Source: Octopus sinensis
Taxonomy: Eukaryota
NCBI RefSeq assembly: GCF_006345805.1
Contig: NC_042999.1
Location: forward strand, 37,448,001-37,512,000
DNA: 64,000 bases
Reading direction: 5' to 3'
Shown: positions 13,165-25,065 of the stretch, piece after piece
How positions within the stretch are numbered: position 1 is the stretch's first letter
Layout: the number at the start of each line of letters is the position of its first letter
The notes under the pieces: model-generated
Database searches by the model: none
The model's input: only the letters and a program-made list of their open reading frames with translations
Told to the model about the DNA's origin: nothing
Program-made: the position numbers and the translations under genes

Positions 13165-13466
13165 ATTAACGTGCAAGTGGCTGAGCACTCCACAGACACG
13201 TGTACCCTTAACGTAGTTCTCGGGGAGATTCAGCGTGACACAGAGTGTGACAAGGCTGGCCCTTTGAAATACAGGTACAACAGAAACAGGAAGAAAGAGT
13301 GAGAGAAAGTTGTGGTGAAAGAGTATAGCAGGGTTCACCACCACCCCCTGTCGGAGTATCGTGGAGCTGTGAGTGTTTTCGCTCAATAAACATTCACAAT
13401 GCCCGGTCTGGGAATCGAAACCGCGATCCGACGACCGCGAGTTCGCTGCCCTAACCACTGGGCCAA
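13165..13466 (-). mobile_element. tRNA-derived SINE family A (3' part missing)
   Basis: Same head and body as 1143-1538. Confidence 0.8.
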
Positions 13467-14257
13467 GTACAGTTTTGATTAAATGGCAGGATTTCAAAAG
13501 AACGTAGTGCTTAATATATTAACGTAGTGTTTTCAAATATACTGACTTATACGGTGGAATTTCCTCGGGTCCTGCTAGTAAAGAAATGCTTGTGGAATTG
13601 CAGTCGGATATTCGTAACATAGTGAATAATGAACGGAGGAGACTACCAGGATTTCTACTCTGAGATCACTTTAAAATTTGCTACTTGTATCTGTGTAAGC
13701 AAGCTTCCTTTAAGCGCGTATACGCATGCTCGCGCGCATGCCTACACACACACTCGTTTGTCTTCGGTAGTAAATTTTAAAACCATAATGTTCTCTTCTC
13801 TTTTTTTTTTTGTACAAGTGTGGGTCTTATGCCTGTTGGAGTGAAGGTAGGACAACTGTTGTACGGATGACGCCTAAAGGGACAGAAACGACTGTCCATC
13901 GTCACCGTTGTCGTATTTTTACTATTTCATAAAAAAAGAAACACTATTTTTCCTGAGTGGAATGTCTATTCTGAACAATCTTGATCCTTGAGATTCTCTC
14001 GCCTCATTCGGAGTCAGCTGCGATTGGAAGCCGTCGTTTGTATACAGGATCCTGAAGCAAAGATAATTTCAATAATTTAAGACTTTATCTTGTACAGTAT
14101 ATAATATATATATATATATATGCCGAAATTGCGAAGATGATCCGGTTCTTGACTGATGATTGAGGGCTTCGAATGTCCCGTCCTGTGTTTCTTGTGTCGT
14201 CTTCTAGGTGTTTCACGTTCTTGTCCCAGTTTATATATATTTTTTTACTTTTATATA

Positions 14258-14308
<51 letters not shown>

Positions 14309-14825
14309 ATTTATTGGAAAATTTTTAAATCAAGTATCAAAACTATAAATTCAAAAAGGTCTTTACTCAAGTTAAATATAGCTGTAGAGCAAGTAGCTGT
14401 ATTTTACAGATTTATTGTTTTAGCAAAGAAACTCCGCTTACACTAAGTCAACAGCTCATCAAGAGGTGAGTTGTTGATCTAGTGTAAGCGGAGTCGCTTT
14501 GCTAAAACGTTATCTATAAAATACAACGTTCTATATTTATTTGTATATTTAAATCGTTTCTAACGATGGGGCCCAAAGTAGATAATGGTATAAATAATAG
14601 CTTGTAAACATTGGGTTAAAAACCCCTTGGATGGAAAAAGTGAAAGGCAACCATCAACTTTTTTCCATCAAAGGAAGGCTATTATCTATAGCCTTATCTA
14701 CTTCTAGTTCCACTGTTAAAAGCAATTCATTTTCATGTCTTATGTGTTTTACTTAACATGGATATACTGCAAAAATCCAGAAAACTGCTGTCTATTTGCG
14801 ACAGCAGTGATTTTGTTAATCACTG

Positions 14826-15070
14826 TTTTTCTATATCTATTTCTTTACTACCCACAAGGGGCTAAACACAGAGAGGACAAACAAGGACAGACAAACGGAT
14901 TAAGTCGATTATATCGACCCCAGTGCGTAACTGGTACTTATTTAATCGACCCCGAAAGGATGAAAGGCAAAGTCAACCTCGGCAGAATTTGAACTCAGAA
15001 CGTAACGGCAGACGAAATACTGCTACGCATTTCGCCTGGCGTGCTAACGCTTCTGCCAGCTCGCCGCCTG
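14826..15070 (-). mobile_element. tRNA-derived SINE family D (central GCCTTTCATCCTTTCGGGGTCGAT domain)
   Basis: Head ggcggcgagctggcagaa...gagttcaaattc; further copies at 30198, 32337, 46300, 57040. Confidence 0.8.
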
Positions 15071-16157
15071 TTTTTCTATATCAATAGAGGCTACATTTGG
15101 CTAAGTATGTGGTCGCTAGTGGATTCATGCTATTGATGCCATTCAAAGAAGTCGCGAATAAGCGATTCCGCAGCTTGACGCTTTTCGTCTGCTACTGACA
15201 TGCTCCTATTATTTTTTTGTTTGTTCTTATTATTATTTTTTTTGAGTACTATACGTCAATAGGAGTTTCTTTCTTGAGACAAATACTACAGTTTTGTGGC
15301 TTTCTACAAAATACTCAATTTGTGTAAAATATACAGAATTGTGTTTTGAACTAAAACTGCTTCCGTTGCTAATAACGGTTTTATGCATTTATTTATTTAA
15401 GCTAATTGATGAATTTACAAACCGTAAAAAAAAAAACCCCGAAGAACACAGTAGAGCTAGAACTACTGATAGACAGTGAATAAATAAACGAATCGAGATA
15501 ATTTATACTTGGTAAACAAGACATCCCCATAAGGGTATGCAACTATACAAATTATCAAAAAGATGATCTCTGTGATGAAGATATATAAAGAAATAGTCTC
15601 ACATTTGAATTACTGTCGAGTGTTCGTAGTACAGCAATGTAGAAGAAGACATCATACATAAAAGAAAAATTATTGTCACGCCGAGTAGGAATGTTTAATT
15701 CTCTTTCATGTCCCTTTTATTCCTGTGTATACATAGTTTAACAGAATAAACAACGAATTCTTTGTTGTTTCTGGTGATGTTGGATGTAGCGGTGTTGGTG
15801 TAGTGGCCATCTTCTGTTTCAAACAATATGTCTAGAACTGCAATATCTAGTTTATTCTGTATATAAATAAAATAACAGTATGGAGTGAGTTAATGCGAAA
15901 TTTGACAGCATTTCGAATAACCTCATCACCACCACTGTTATATACATATTTATACATACATATGTATGTATGTATCTCTCTCTCTCTCTCTCTCACTCTT
16001 TCCCCCTCTTTCTCACTCTTCCCCCTCTCACTCTTTCCCTCTCTCTCACTCTTTCCTCTCTCTCACTCTTTCCCTCTCTCTTTCACTCTTTCCCTCCCTT
16101 TCTTTCTCCCTATATATATATATAATATATATAATATATATATTATATATATATCTG

Positions 16158-16228
16158 CCCAGGTGGTGCTATTAAGTTAGACATGGCCTGGGCCAATAAT
16201 GGCCGAAACCTATCAAAGTATCAAAGTA
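16158..16228 (+). mobile_element. Extremely 5'-truncated copy (about 70 bp) of the CR1-group LINE 3' end
   Basis: ccaggtggtgctattaagttagacatggcctgggccaataatggccgaaacctatcaaagta is identical to about 8752-8813. Confidence 0.85.
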
Positions 16229-16237
16229 TAATATATA

Positions 16238-16306
<69 letters not shown>

Positions 16307-16360
16307 TTATGCATAAATGTGTGAATATATACATATATGCATACATATATATATTATATA

Positions 16361-16394
<34 letters not shown>

Positions 16395-16469
16395 ATACAT
16401 GTATATAGATGTGTGTGTGTGTATATAAGTGTATGTGTGAGTGTGTGTGTGTGTTTGTGTGTGTGTAAA

Positions 16470-17570
16470 ATAAAATGAGACAACAAAGCCAAAGCTTTGT
16501 GGAATTTTCAGGATATTTATAAAGAGAGAGTTAGTCTTGCAGCTGTTTCCCCTTATGTTAGGGATATCCCTTCGTCAGAGACGATGTAAGATGGGTACAT
16601 AGTGAGAAATAGTAGAGTTCAATATAAAGAGTTATTTGGGAAAAGGATGGAGATGAGAAGTATAAAGGGAAATAAGAGAATAAACCTAAAAATATATGTA
16701 GGATGTTATAAAGAAAGAAGTGTATATCGATATACGCACGCACACATGTACATATATGTGCGTGCTTATGCATTATTATACAGGCATGTGTACTTGTGTA
16801 TTTAAACCCAAACGCATGCATATATATACACATATACACACATACATATACACGTACATACGTATACGTACATACGCATGCATGCATACACATGCATATA
16901 CAAACATACATATACATTCATGCCCATATATATATATATGCACACACGCTCATAACCGTAAATACATGCACATATACACGCACACACACACACGCAAACA
17001 CACACATATACATATATGTACTCACATACATTCGCATACGTACACATATGCATGCCCATATGTGTAGAATTAAACATTTAAAAAATTAATGAAAAGCCAA
17101 ATAGGTTTGTTGGGAATTACCTAAGTGGTGTTCTGGATATGTGCTGTGTGGTTATTTAGGTTGCATTTAGATTTGTGGCAAAATTTGAAGGTATGGAAAA
17201 AGCGGTGGTTGCATGTACCTAGGGCCTCATTATTTAGTAGTAGTGAAGAGTTGTGTTTTAATATGTGGAATGCCTCTTTTAGACATAACTTACAGTCTGA
17301 GCGTTGACCTTGGTTTGGAAGTTCTGGATCTATTATTGACCATGACAAGATGTAGGGAATATTTTTAGTTTTGAGATGATGTATGTGACTTGCGAGTGTT
17401 GTGGATTTACTGTGTTTCTCGTATCTAAAAGAATTGAGATGCGGAGCGTATCGTTGTTTAAAATTTATAGTTGATCCTATATATATGGTTTTAGAATTGT
17501 GTAACGTGTTGAGGACGGTGCATTTATAAATTACATTAGACCTTCTGCAATGGTTTGTAGAGGGTAGATG
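16470..17570 (-). mobile_element. Penelope-like element 3' part: GIY-YIG endonuclease followed by pseudo-LTR with degenerate hammerhead
   Basis: Minus-strand NVIYKC...IYIGSTINFKQRYAPH...LSWSII...CKLCLKEAFHI...LLNNEALGTCNH (open from about 17555 to stop at 17121). Downstream gtct-CTGACGA...GAAACAGCTGCA-agac at 16534-16582. Confidence 0.8.
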
Positions 17571-17594
17571 GCCCTAGGACGGCAAGGTCCCAAT

Positions 17595-18312
17595 GATGAA
17601 CATTGGGACCTTGCAAGGAAACTCCGTAACCCTTTTCGCAATTATAGTGAACATGTGTCAACTTGGCAGTCCCCTACAGTTTCGGATGAAACATCGTGAG
17701 GACATGGCTGAGGACTTAAAGTATACAGTTCAACAGGAAAACTGAGATATCAATATTCAGTTCTCTGAAACAATTTTTAACCAAGCACTGATTGAAACTG
17801 AGGATCAAGTTTTGGCCATGGGAGGCAAAAATTTGCAAGAGTCTGGCTCTGGACTGCCAAAAACAAACTGTCAAATTAGTGATTTAACTACAAGAGACAT
17901 AGAAAGAGAGACAAATTATGCCATCACAGACTTGGTTGCATTTGTGAATAAACATGAACCTAAACTTCTTCCAGAACAACGCTGTGCATATGATAAAATT
18001 AATTCGTTAGTCAGAGGAAAAAGCGGAGGAATTTTCTTTCTTGATGCTCCTGGTAGCACAGGTAAAACATTTGTAACAACTTTGCTTCTCTCCAAAGTAA
18101 GGCAACAAAAAAGAATTGCAGTTGCTATAGCATCGTCTGGCATTGCTGTCACCATTCTCTCAGGAGGATGAACAGCTCATTCTGCTTTCAGATTACCGCT
18201 GAACCTGGTCACAAATGACAGTCCAAATTGTAACATAAGCAAAGGTTCAAGTTCAGCAGAAGTGTTGCGCCAATGACACCTTATCATTTGGGATGAATGC
18301 ACCATGTCACAT
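17595..18312 (+). mobile_element. Helitron Rep/Hel fragment (PIF1-like helicase N-part), pseudogenised
   Basis: FFLDAPGSTGKTF (Walker A), AIASSGIA, GG*TAHSAFRLP, LIIWDECTM; in-frame stops. Confidence 0.9.
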
Positions 18313-18329
18313 ATACAGGTACAATGAAA

Positions 18330-18770
18330 GCTCTTATGTGTGTGTGTGTCTTTGTGTTTGTCACCCCACGGCCCTGTAACTTAGCGGGTCAGCAAAAGAT
18401 ACCGATAAAATAAGTACCAGACTTTGAAAAATAAATCCTTGGGTCGATTTGTTCAACTAAAAAAACCCTTCAAAGTGGTGCCCCAGCATGGCCGCAGTCA
18501 AGTGATTGAAACATATAAATGATATGTGGGGTGTGTGCATGTGGGTGGAGGGCGACAAATACAAAGACATACGTATATGCATATCTATACACGGCGGGCC
18601 TCCCTAAATTTCCATCTCCCAAATTCACTCACAAAGCATTTGTAGGACCAGGCCTATAGTCGAAGACACTTGTCCAAGGTGCCGCGCAGCGGGAGTGAAC
18701 CCAAAAGCACATGGCTGGAAAGTGAGTTTCTTAACCACTTAGCCATGCCTGCACCTAGGAAAGTTAAAGA
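18330..18770 (-). mobile_element. SINE family B (CORE-like), diverged copy
   Basis: Matches the family consensus (agacacttgtccaaggtgccgcgcagcggg...). Confidence 0.7.
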
Positions 18771-21542
18771 CATCGGCGGCAACGTTCTGCGCCAATTAGA
18801 AAAACAAATCAAACCCAAGATTTCCTATGGTTTTTCTCTGGTACTCGAACCAGCTGACATATCTGACAATTTAGAGTTAATATTGTTCACAAAGATGAAT
18901 TAATGCTGACTGTGAAGTGACGGAAGAACTAACTTCATTGAGTATCATTCGCAGAAGAACTACTACTGAATAAATTTTCAAATAGATGAAGAAAACATTG
19001 ACTAAGCACAATCTAGCTTGGAGCTTTCAAAGTGTATTACAACTGATGACAGAAAATATGTGTGGTGAAGGAAAATGTGAATTAAAAGGTTATGTTGGAC
19101 AGGATCACAAACGGTTTCGGACTGATTGGACACAACCAAACACACTGTGCCTCGTCTTCTCCTCCCATGTGGTGCTCTTGGTCATCAACGACAACGACGG
19201 ACCAAATAATAAATAATACTCGTGACGATATGAGATGTGGAGTTTCACTATATCATTCATCAACAGGAACTTTACAGAAACATTTAGATCTTTTGAGCGT
19301 GAAAACACCAGTTCAGCTCTGCCTCTTCAGACCTTTAGCTAGTTTTTGTTTCATACGTTCTGAAATAAAGCTTTTCTTTCATAAATCCAAATTGACTCTG
19401 ATAGCTGACAAAAATTGGTGATGTGTATCGTATATGATACATGGACACCACGAAAATGCGTCCTGTGAATCAAATGCGATACACAGGACAGGCAAAAGAT
19501 TAAGTGAATTTTATTTGATTGCTATAATCAAGTACCGTCAAATTAGAACATTCTTTTAGAAGTAAAAGAAGCTGAACATAAGAATTTGTAAGGTGGTGTA
19601 GCAGAGTTAAAGTTAGGTCACAATTTTTTAAAACTACGGACGGAGGTTAACATTTGTTTTTTAAATGACAAAGTCGTGCTCAGCTGCTTTTCGCAAACAG
19701 CGAACGGGTGTGGAAATTTACATTCTCAGCTGGCTAAATAGCGGAACCTTCACAAGTTCTGTCTTCAGGTATAAGGCGATTCTGGGTTTATATGTACTAT
19801 ATATATATACTCTGCAGTGAAAGCTTTCCAGTGAAAATTAACCTTTCCCTCCCAATCCCAGTTAATGATAAATAACTTCAACCATCTACTTGATGCGAAA
19901 AATACACCCAAAAATTAAATTCATTTATTTTCGAATTCACTCAAGAGATTCTAAAGCCAGTTTCGACAAGTTTTTCATTCACATCCATCCATCCATTTTC
20001 TCGGCTATTCTTTGGAGAGTCATAGGGGTAGAGTCCTCAGTCCCCTTCATAGGGACCTCTCAGAAGCAACCGTCGTTAGACTTTCCGGCTGGATTCCGAA
20101 GCGTGACCAAATGAAACTATTTATTTCTTTGTCTACCCCGAGGTCTCCTGCTGTTTGGATCGGCTTGAACAAGCTATTTCTTATTCGGTCCATAATACTG
20201 GTGCAGTGATCTCTCGATGCGGAGAAATAACGGCTCGATCTGGAGAGACTCAATGAATATGTGAAAGCATCAAAAATCTTTCAAAATCCATTTTAACAGC
20301 AACACCGAGAAATTTCCATCCGATCTTTAACTGCAAGATATTAATCTTCAGTCAAAAATCTGCGTTAAAAAAGAAAACAAGTATAAAATGGAAACATTGA
20401 CTGACTTCGTTAAATTTTTCCCAGACGATTATATTTCTTTGACTTTGCTCAGGGTGAATTTTAATATTCAGCATAACCTATTTATGTGACATAAAAATGT
20501 TCAATCTTGATGCATATTAAATTCATTTGCCTGATTACTCTTGCGGTAAGCTGTGATTACTGATCTACAAAATTAGAAATACAATTCAGCAATGTTTTGT
20601 TCCTCTCTCTGTAGTTCTTATTGATTAATGTTAGACTGAAGTTTATGTAAGTATATACTTCTAACCACATCTCTCTGTTCCCCTCTAATCACTTTTTCTT
20701 TTTCAGTCTCCTCCTTTACATTTCTTCTATTCTATTTTGATAAAGGACTAGAGCCCGAAACGTCAAGATTTCTTCCCTTCCTTAAACGCTAAGCTAATAC
20801 AACATTTGTTACAAGTCATTCTTGCATTGTCTATTTTTTTTGGTTTGTTTTATGTTCATTGCTTTCATTTTTCTAAACTAAAAAATATTAAAGCGATTAA
20901 AAAAAATAGAAACAAGCTACTTCCATAGCTTTGTATGATTATGGTCTTTTTTTTTTAAATCAACCTTTGCTCACCTGACATAAAAATATTTCCAATCCAG
21001 CCCTCCTCCAAAAAGGTTTGTCATCCCTTTCTATATCGATACTGCTAGTACATTGACAATTAGTAAACATGATTGAATTAACTTCAGTTTATTACTAGCA
21101 CTGACGAATATCGAACTACGTGTCTGTCTGTTTCGAGTAGAATGTCCTACATACTATATCCAACCAACTTATTCCAATAATTTACTTGTTTATCTCGAAT
21201 CGAGGTGTCATCCTAAGTATCAACTAGTTACACATCGAGCGATTCAAATCATCAAGATATAATAGTTTCATATTCTAACTAGGTTATTAAATTTGTTGAT
21301 GACTTGTATTTCCTTAAAGCTGTTGCCCCAAACTAACCTTGACATGCTGCTGGAGTTAGAAGTACACCTAACAGCAGACAGTTTCTAAGCTTGGAGGAGC
21401 AATAACCAAGTAAGTTTTATGCTGTGTGATTTCTAAACCAGTGGCTTGTAACAGGATGAGAGGTCTGTAACACTTGATGGATGCAGCTCGCATCCTTTAC
21501 ATTAAAATATTAATCGAAGGAAAAGCCAAGACTTCCGATTAT

Positions 21543-21964
21543 TTTTACTCTTTACTCTCTTTTACTTGTTTCAGTCATTTGACTGCGGCTATGCTGGAGC
21601 ACAGCCTTTAATCGAGCAACTCGAAACCCGGGACTTATTCTTTGTAAGCCTAGTACTTATTCTATCGGTCTCTTTTGCCGAACCGCTAAGTGACGGAGAC
21701 ATAAACACACCAGCATCGGTTGTCAAGCGATGTTGGATGGGACAAACACAGACACACAAACACACACACACACACACATATATATATTTATATATATATA
21801 CGACGGGCTTCTTTCAGTTTCCGTCTACTAAATCCACTCACAAGGCTTTGGTCGGCCCGAGGCTATAGTAGAAGACACTTGCCCAAGGTGCCACGCAGTG
21901 GGATTGAACCCGGAACCATGTGGTTGGTAAACAAGCTACTTACCACACAGCCGCTCCTGCGCCT
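21543..21964 (-). mobile_element. SINE family B (tRNA head plus ACCTTGGGCAAGT CORE-like domain, internal microsatellite)
   Basis: Head ggcgcaggagtggctgtgtggtaag...ggttcagtccc; more than 10 copies in the window. Confidence 0.88.
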
Positions 21965-22079
21965 ATCTTCTTAACAAAATAAATATTTTTTTCCGGATTC
22001 GCAATATATACATTTTTTCTTCAGGGCGAATCGACAGTCTAGGGGTTCGTCGCAGTAGTCAAGTGGGGTGAGCCAAATC

Positions 22080-22450
22080 CTGTCCGTTCAAGCATAGCGT
22101 AGCAACGCCACGTGGTGTGGCTTGAGAGAGCTGCTAGAACACGTCCGTCCTGATTGGCTGTCAGCATTTGAGAGACCGATACGCGGGAAATTTTGCTGCT
22201 GCTAGTTTTCTGCGCATGCGCATGAGCGCATGAAGGGAGTTCCGGCAGGCCTCCCGGAAGAATCCAGTTCTGCGCATGCGTGCTGGAGATTTCCAAAATA
22301 GCGTCACTACAGGCTGTTGTATCGAACAAAAGGTTCTCTTGCCAGACGTCGTCAAATGTTTTGCTGATGATAATTACAGCATCATTGCTTTCGCAAATGT
22401 ATTTTCGTGAATTTTCTGCTGGCGAGGGTTCACTAGTGAGTAACATGGGA
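22080..22450. promoter_or_regulatory. CpG-rich candidate core promoter/enhancer
   Basis: Perfect NRF1 palindrome TGCGCATGCGCA (22211-22222), second NRF1-like site (22271), ETS sites TTCCGG/CCGGAAG (22240-22260), reverse CCAAT (22153), E-box CACGTG (22109). Confidence 0.5.
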
Positions 22451-22611
22451 AACAGGTTCCCCACTAGATCTGGTGTTGGTTAGATAGAAGCTGTACTTGT
22501 GATCACCGAAGATAAAGATAGAATGAGAGAGGGGAGGAGGAAAGAGATAGTGAGAGAGAGAGAGAGAGAAGAAAGGGGGGACAGAGATGACTCAAAGTGT
22601 CGGAGAAAGAA

Positions 22612-23240
22612 ATTTTGGTTAATGTTTACATCTTGACCCGGAGATGAAAATCAAAAAAAAAAAAAATACTGGAATGGGTGTAAAACAATGTGTAGGAAAC
22701 GAATAGGGAAAAAAATGCGGAAAATTCACAAAATCCGAGTTTTTCCTTCATAACTTTTAGGAAAATGGGGAATTTTTGATGAAATTTTATAGAAATACCA
22801 TTCAAAGGGCATACATTACAATTATAAAGAAATTTATGGGGAAAATCTTTTCCAAGGACTGGGGAGAGGACTTCGGAAAATTCACAAAATCCGAGTTTTT
22901 CCCTCATAACTTTTAGGAAAATGGGGATTTTTTAATGAAATTTTAGAAATACCATTCACAAAATCCGAGCTTTTCCCTCATAACTTTTAGGAAAATGGGG
23001 GTTTTTTTCAATAAAATTTTATATTTCTATAAAATTTCATTGAAAAATCCCCATTTTCCTAAAAGTTATGAGGGAAAAGCTCGGATTTTGTGAATTTTCT
23101 GAAGTCCTCTCTCCACCCTCCCATTGCTTTGCACGCATTTTTTTTTTCATATTCGTTTCCTACACATTGTTTTACACCCATTCCAGTATTTCTTTTGGAT
23201 TTTCATTTCCGGGTCAAGATGGAAAACTTTAACCGAATTT
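22612..23240. mobile_element. Foldback/MITE-like element with long TIRs and internal subrepeats of about 60 bp
   Basis: Left catcttgacccggagatgaaaatc...ggaatgggtgtaaaacaatgtgtaggaaacgaat mirrored at 23150-23240; internal aattcacaaaatccgag... subrepeat 3x direct and 1x inverted. Confidence 0.75.
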
Positions 23241-23526
23241 TTTTACAGTTGTTTCAATCACGTTTTTACGGTATGAGATGTTGACTATCGATAGATCGAA
23301 AGTTAACAGGATCAGAGAGGTTGCACTCCCTAAGACTATGATACTACATAGCACGTATTGTGCGTACCCACAATACAACATATATATATACATATGAGTG
23401 CATATACTCACACTCCTATACATATAAAATATACATTTACATAATGATATAAATAAATAATATAAATATTGTGGGTACGCACCCACACCCATGTGGGTAT
23501 ATATGTAGACTAAGTTATATTACATA

Positions 23527-23653
23527 ATCTCCGAAGAGGCCTTGTGATATTTTTGTTAATGTCTCATTTATATCTATATATTGACCAACCATAAAGGGCT
23601 AATATTGGTAAAATGAGACATAATTATCGACATGGCCGAAACAGCTGTAAGAT
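23527..23653 (+). ncRNA. Type I hammerhead ribozyme motif with about 95-nt extended stem II (PLE pseudo-LTR context)
   Basis: atct-CCGAAGA-GGCC...GGCC-GAAAC-AGCT-GTA-agat; insert contains the inverted repeat atgtctcattt/aaatgagacat; AATAAA about 170 nt downstream. Confidence 0.6.
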
Positions 23654-24218
23654 CTAATTTATACTTATATTTATATTTACTTGTATTATATTCTCTTTTT
23701 TATATATATTCTACTTATTATACAACATTACTCTTTTATGTACACTTTTTTATGTATATTCCTTTATGTACACTGATTTGCTCTGCTTTTTATATTTAAC
23801 CCTACAGTCTCTTATGTGGTGGTTTAATAAAGTATGTGATTAAGTACTATCTGGTAATTGATATTTGATTTAGATGTATTTCTCCATTTTCTTATCTTGT
23901 ATTAGTAATTTGTGGTAGATCATTTTACCTTTGCCCATATAATACAGTAAACGAATTGATTGCATCGCAATCATTAACATTTATGTATTAACTTTGTTGG
24001 GTACTTCACTAGCAGTATATTGGATATACGTTATCCCATAGAGGGTTGCATTTACAAATCTCAATTTGTAACTATAGTTAACTTTCTGAGGAATATGAAT
24101 TGCTAATGCTTGTATACTTGAAGCATCCACTCATTACTCTAAGTACTGACAGAGTATGTGAATACACCCAAGTATAGTACATTTATTCCTGTTATTATAT
24201 ATATTATATTATATATTA

Positions 24219-25064
24219 CTAGCAGAATTGCCCGGCGTTGCTCGGGGCTGAATTGCTTGAAAGTACTGTTAATGATTGCACTGAATTATGATGATTATTC
24301 AGGCAAATATTGATATAAGCTTACGGTGGGAAATAAGAACTTAACGATCAAACGTGTGCTATTGCATTGTTTGGGGGGGAACCAAATTTCTGATGAGCAT
24401 TATAGGGGCACCAACTTTAAGTTTGAGAAAGTGTGGTGGGTAGTCCGGGGGCTCAAAGGAATTGAGTACCTCTATTGGATAGTTGATGACGTCCTCTGGG
24501 TCAGGAGTTGTATCGATAGACTGATATACATAGACTTCCCCAGGAATGAGTTTTAGCATTTCATCATTAATATGGTGAACAGTTTTATTCCTCGGGGCCA
24601 GTATAGCCTTTTTGCCAATCCAATCCATATTCTGATAATTAGCTTGTAGATCTGGGAACACTGCATCTCTGAGATCAGAAGGCGTCTTAACAATGGGTAC
24701 AAATGGAATCGATGGCAATATTACCATTTTCATCCCCTGGTATTTTGCCTTCGCCATGTGCAAGGAGGGTGTGAGGAAATGCTGCTGATGTGATATTACG
24801 TCGCATATGAGCACGCATATTGGTGTGAAGTTTGAGAGTTACTTCCGTTTATTAAAAAAATATGCATTAAAATGGAAAAAAATGATGGTAAATTATTTGT
24901 AAAATCATAGACTCATCGTAGACGCGCGCTAATACCTAGAAGGGCTCGATATGAATCACGACTATAAGATACCCGGTTTTGGTTAAACTGCATCGCAAAA
25001 TGTGGGAGTAGTTAGGAATCTAAATCGGAGTAGACAGACACACAACCTCTTTTATATATAAATA
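24219..25064 (-). mobile_element. Internally deleted Helitron retaining a helicase fragment
   Basis: 3' hairpin cccgagcaacgccggg plus CTAG at 24219-24222; ORF 24359-24814 has AILAPRN, YPIEVLNS, LKLKVGAPIMLIRNL; 5' end shared with 36340-36737. Confidence 0.88.
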
Positions 25065-25065
25065 T

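Noticed and set aside
13540-13670. Short protein-like frame (GGISSGPASKEMLVELQSDIRN...)
   Set aside because: No recognisable family or splice support.
14153-14180. CTGATGA...CGAATGTC hammerhead-like string in a TA-flanked remnant
   Set aside because: No stem I or II pairing; at most a fully decayed relic.
21101-21150. CTGACGA...GAATGTC hammerhead-like string
   Set aside because: GAAA incomplete, no helix III, stem I does not pair.
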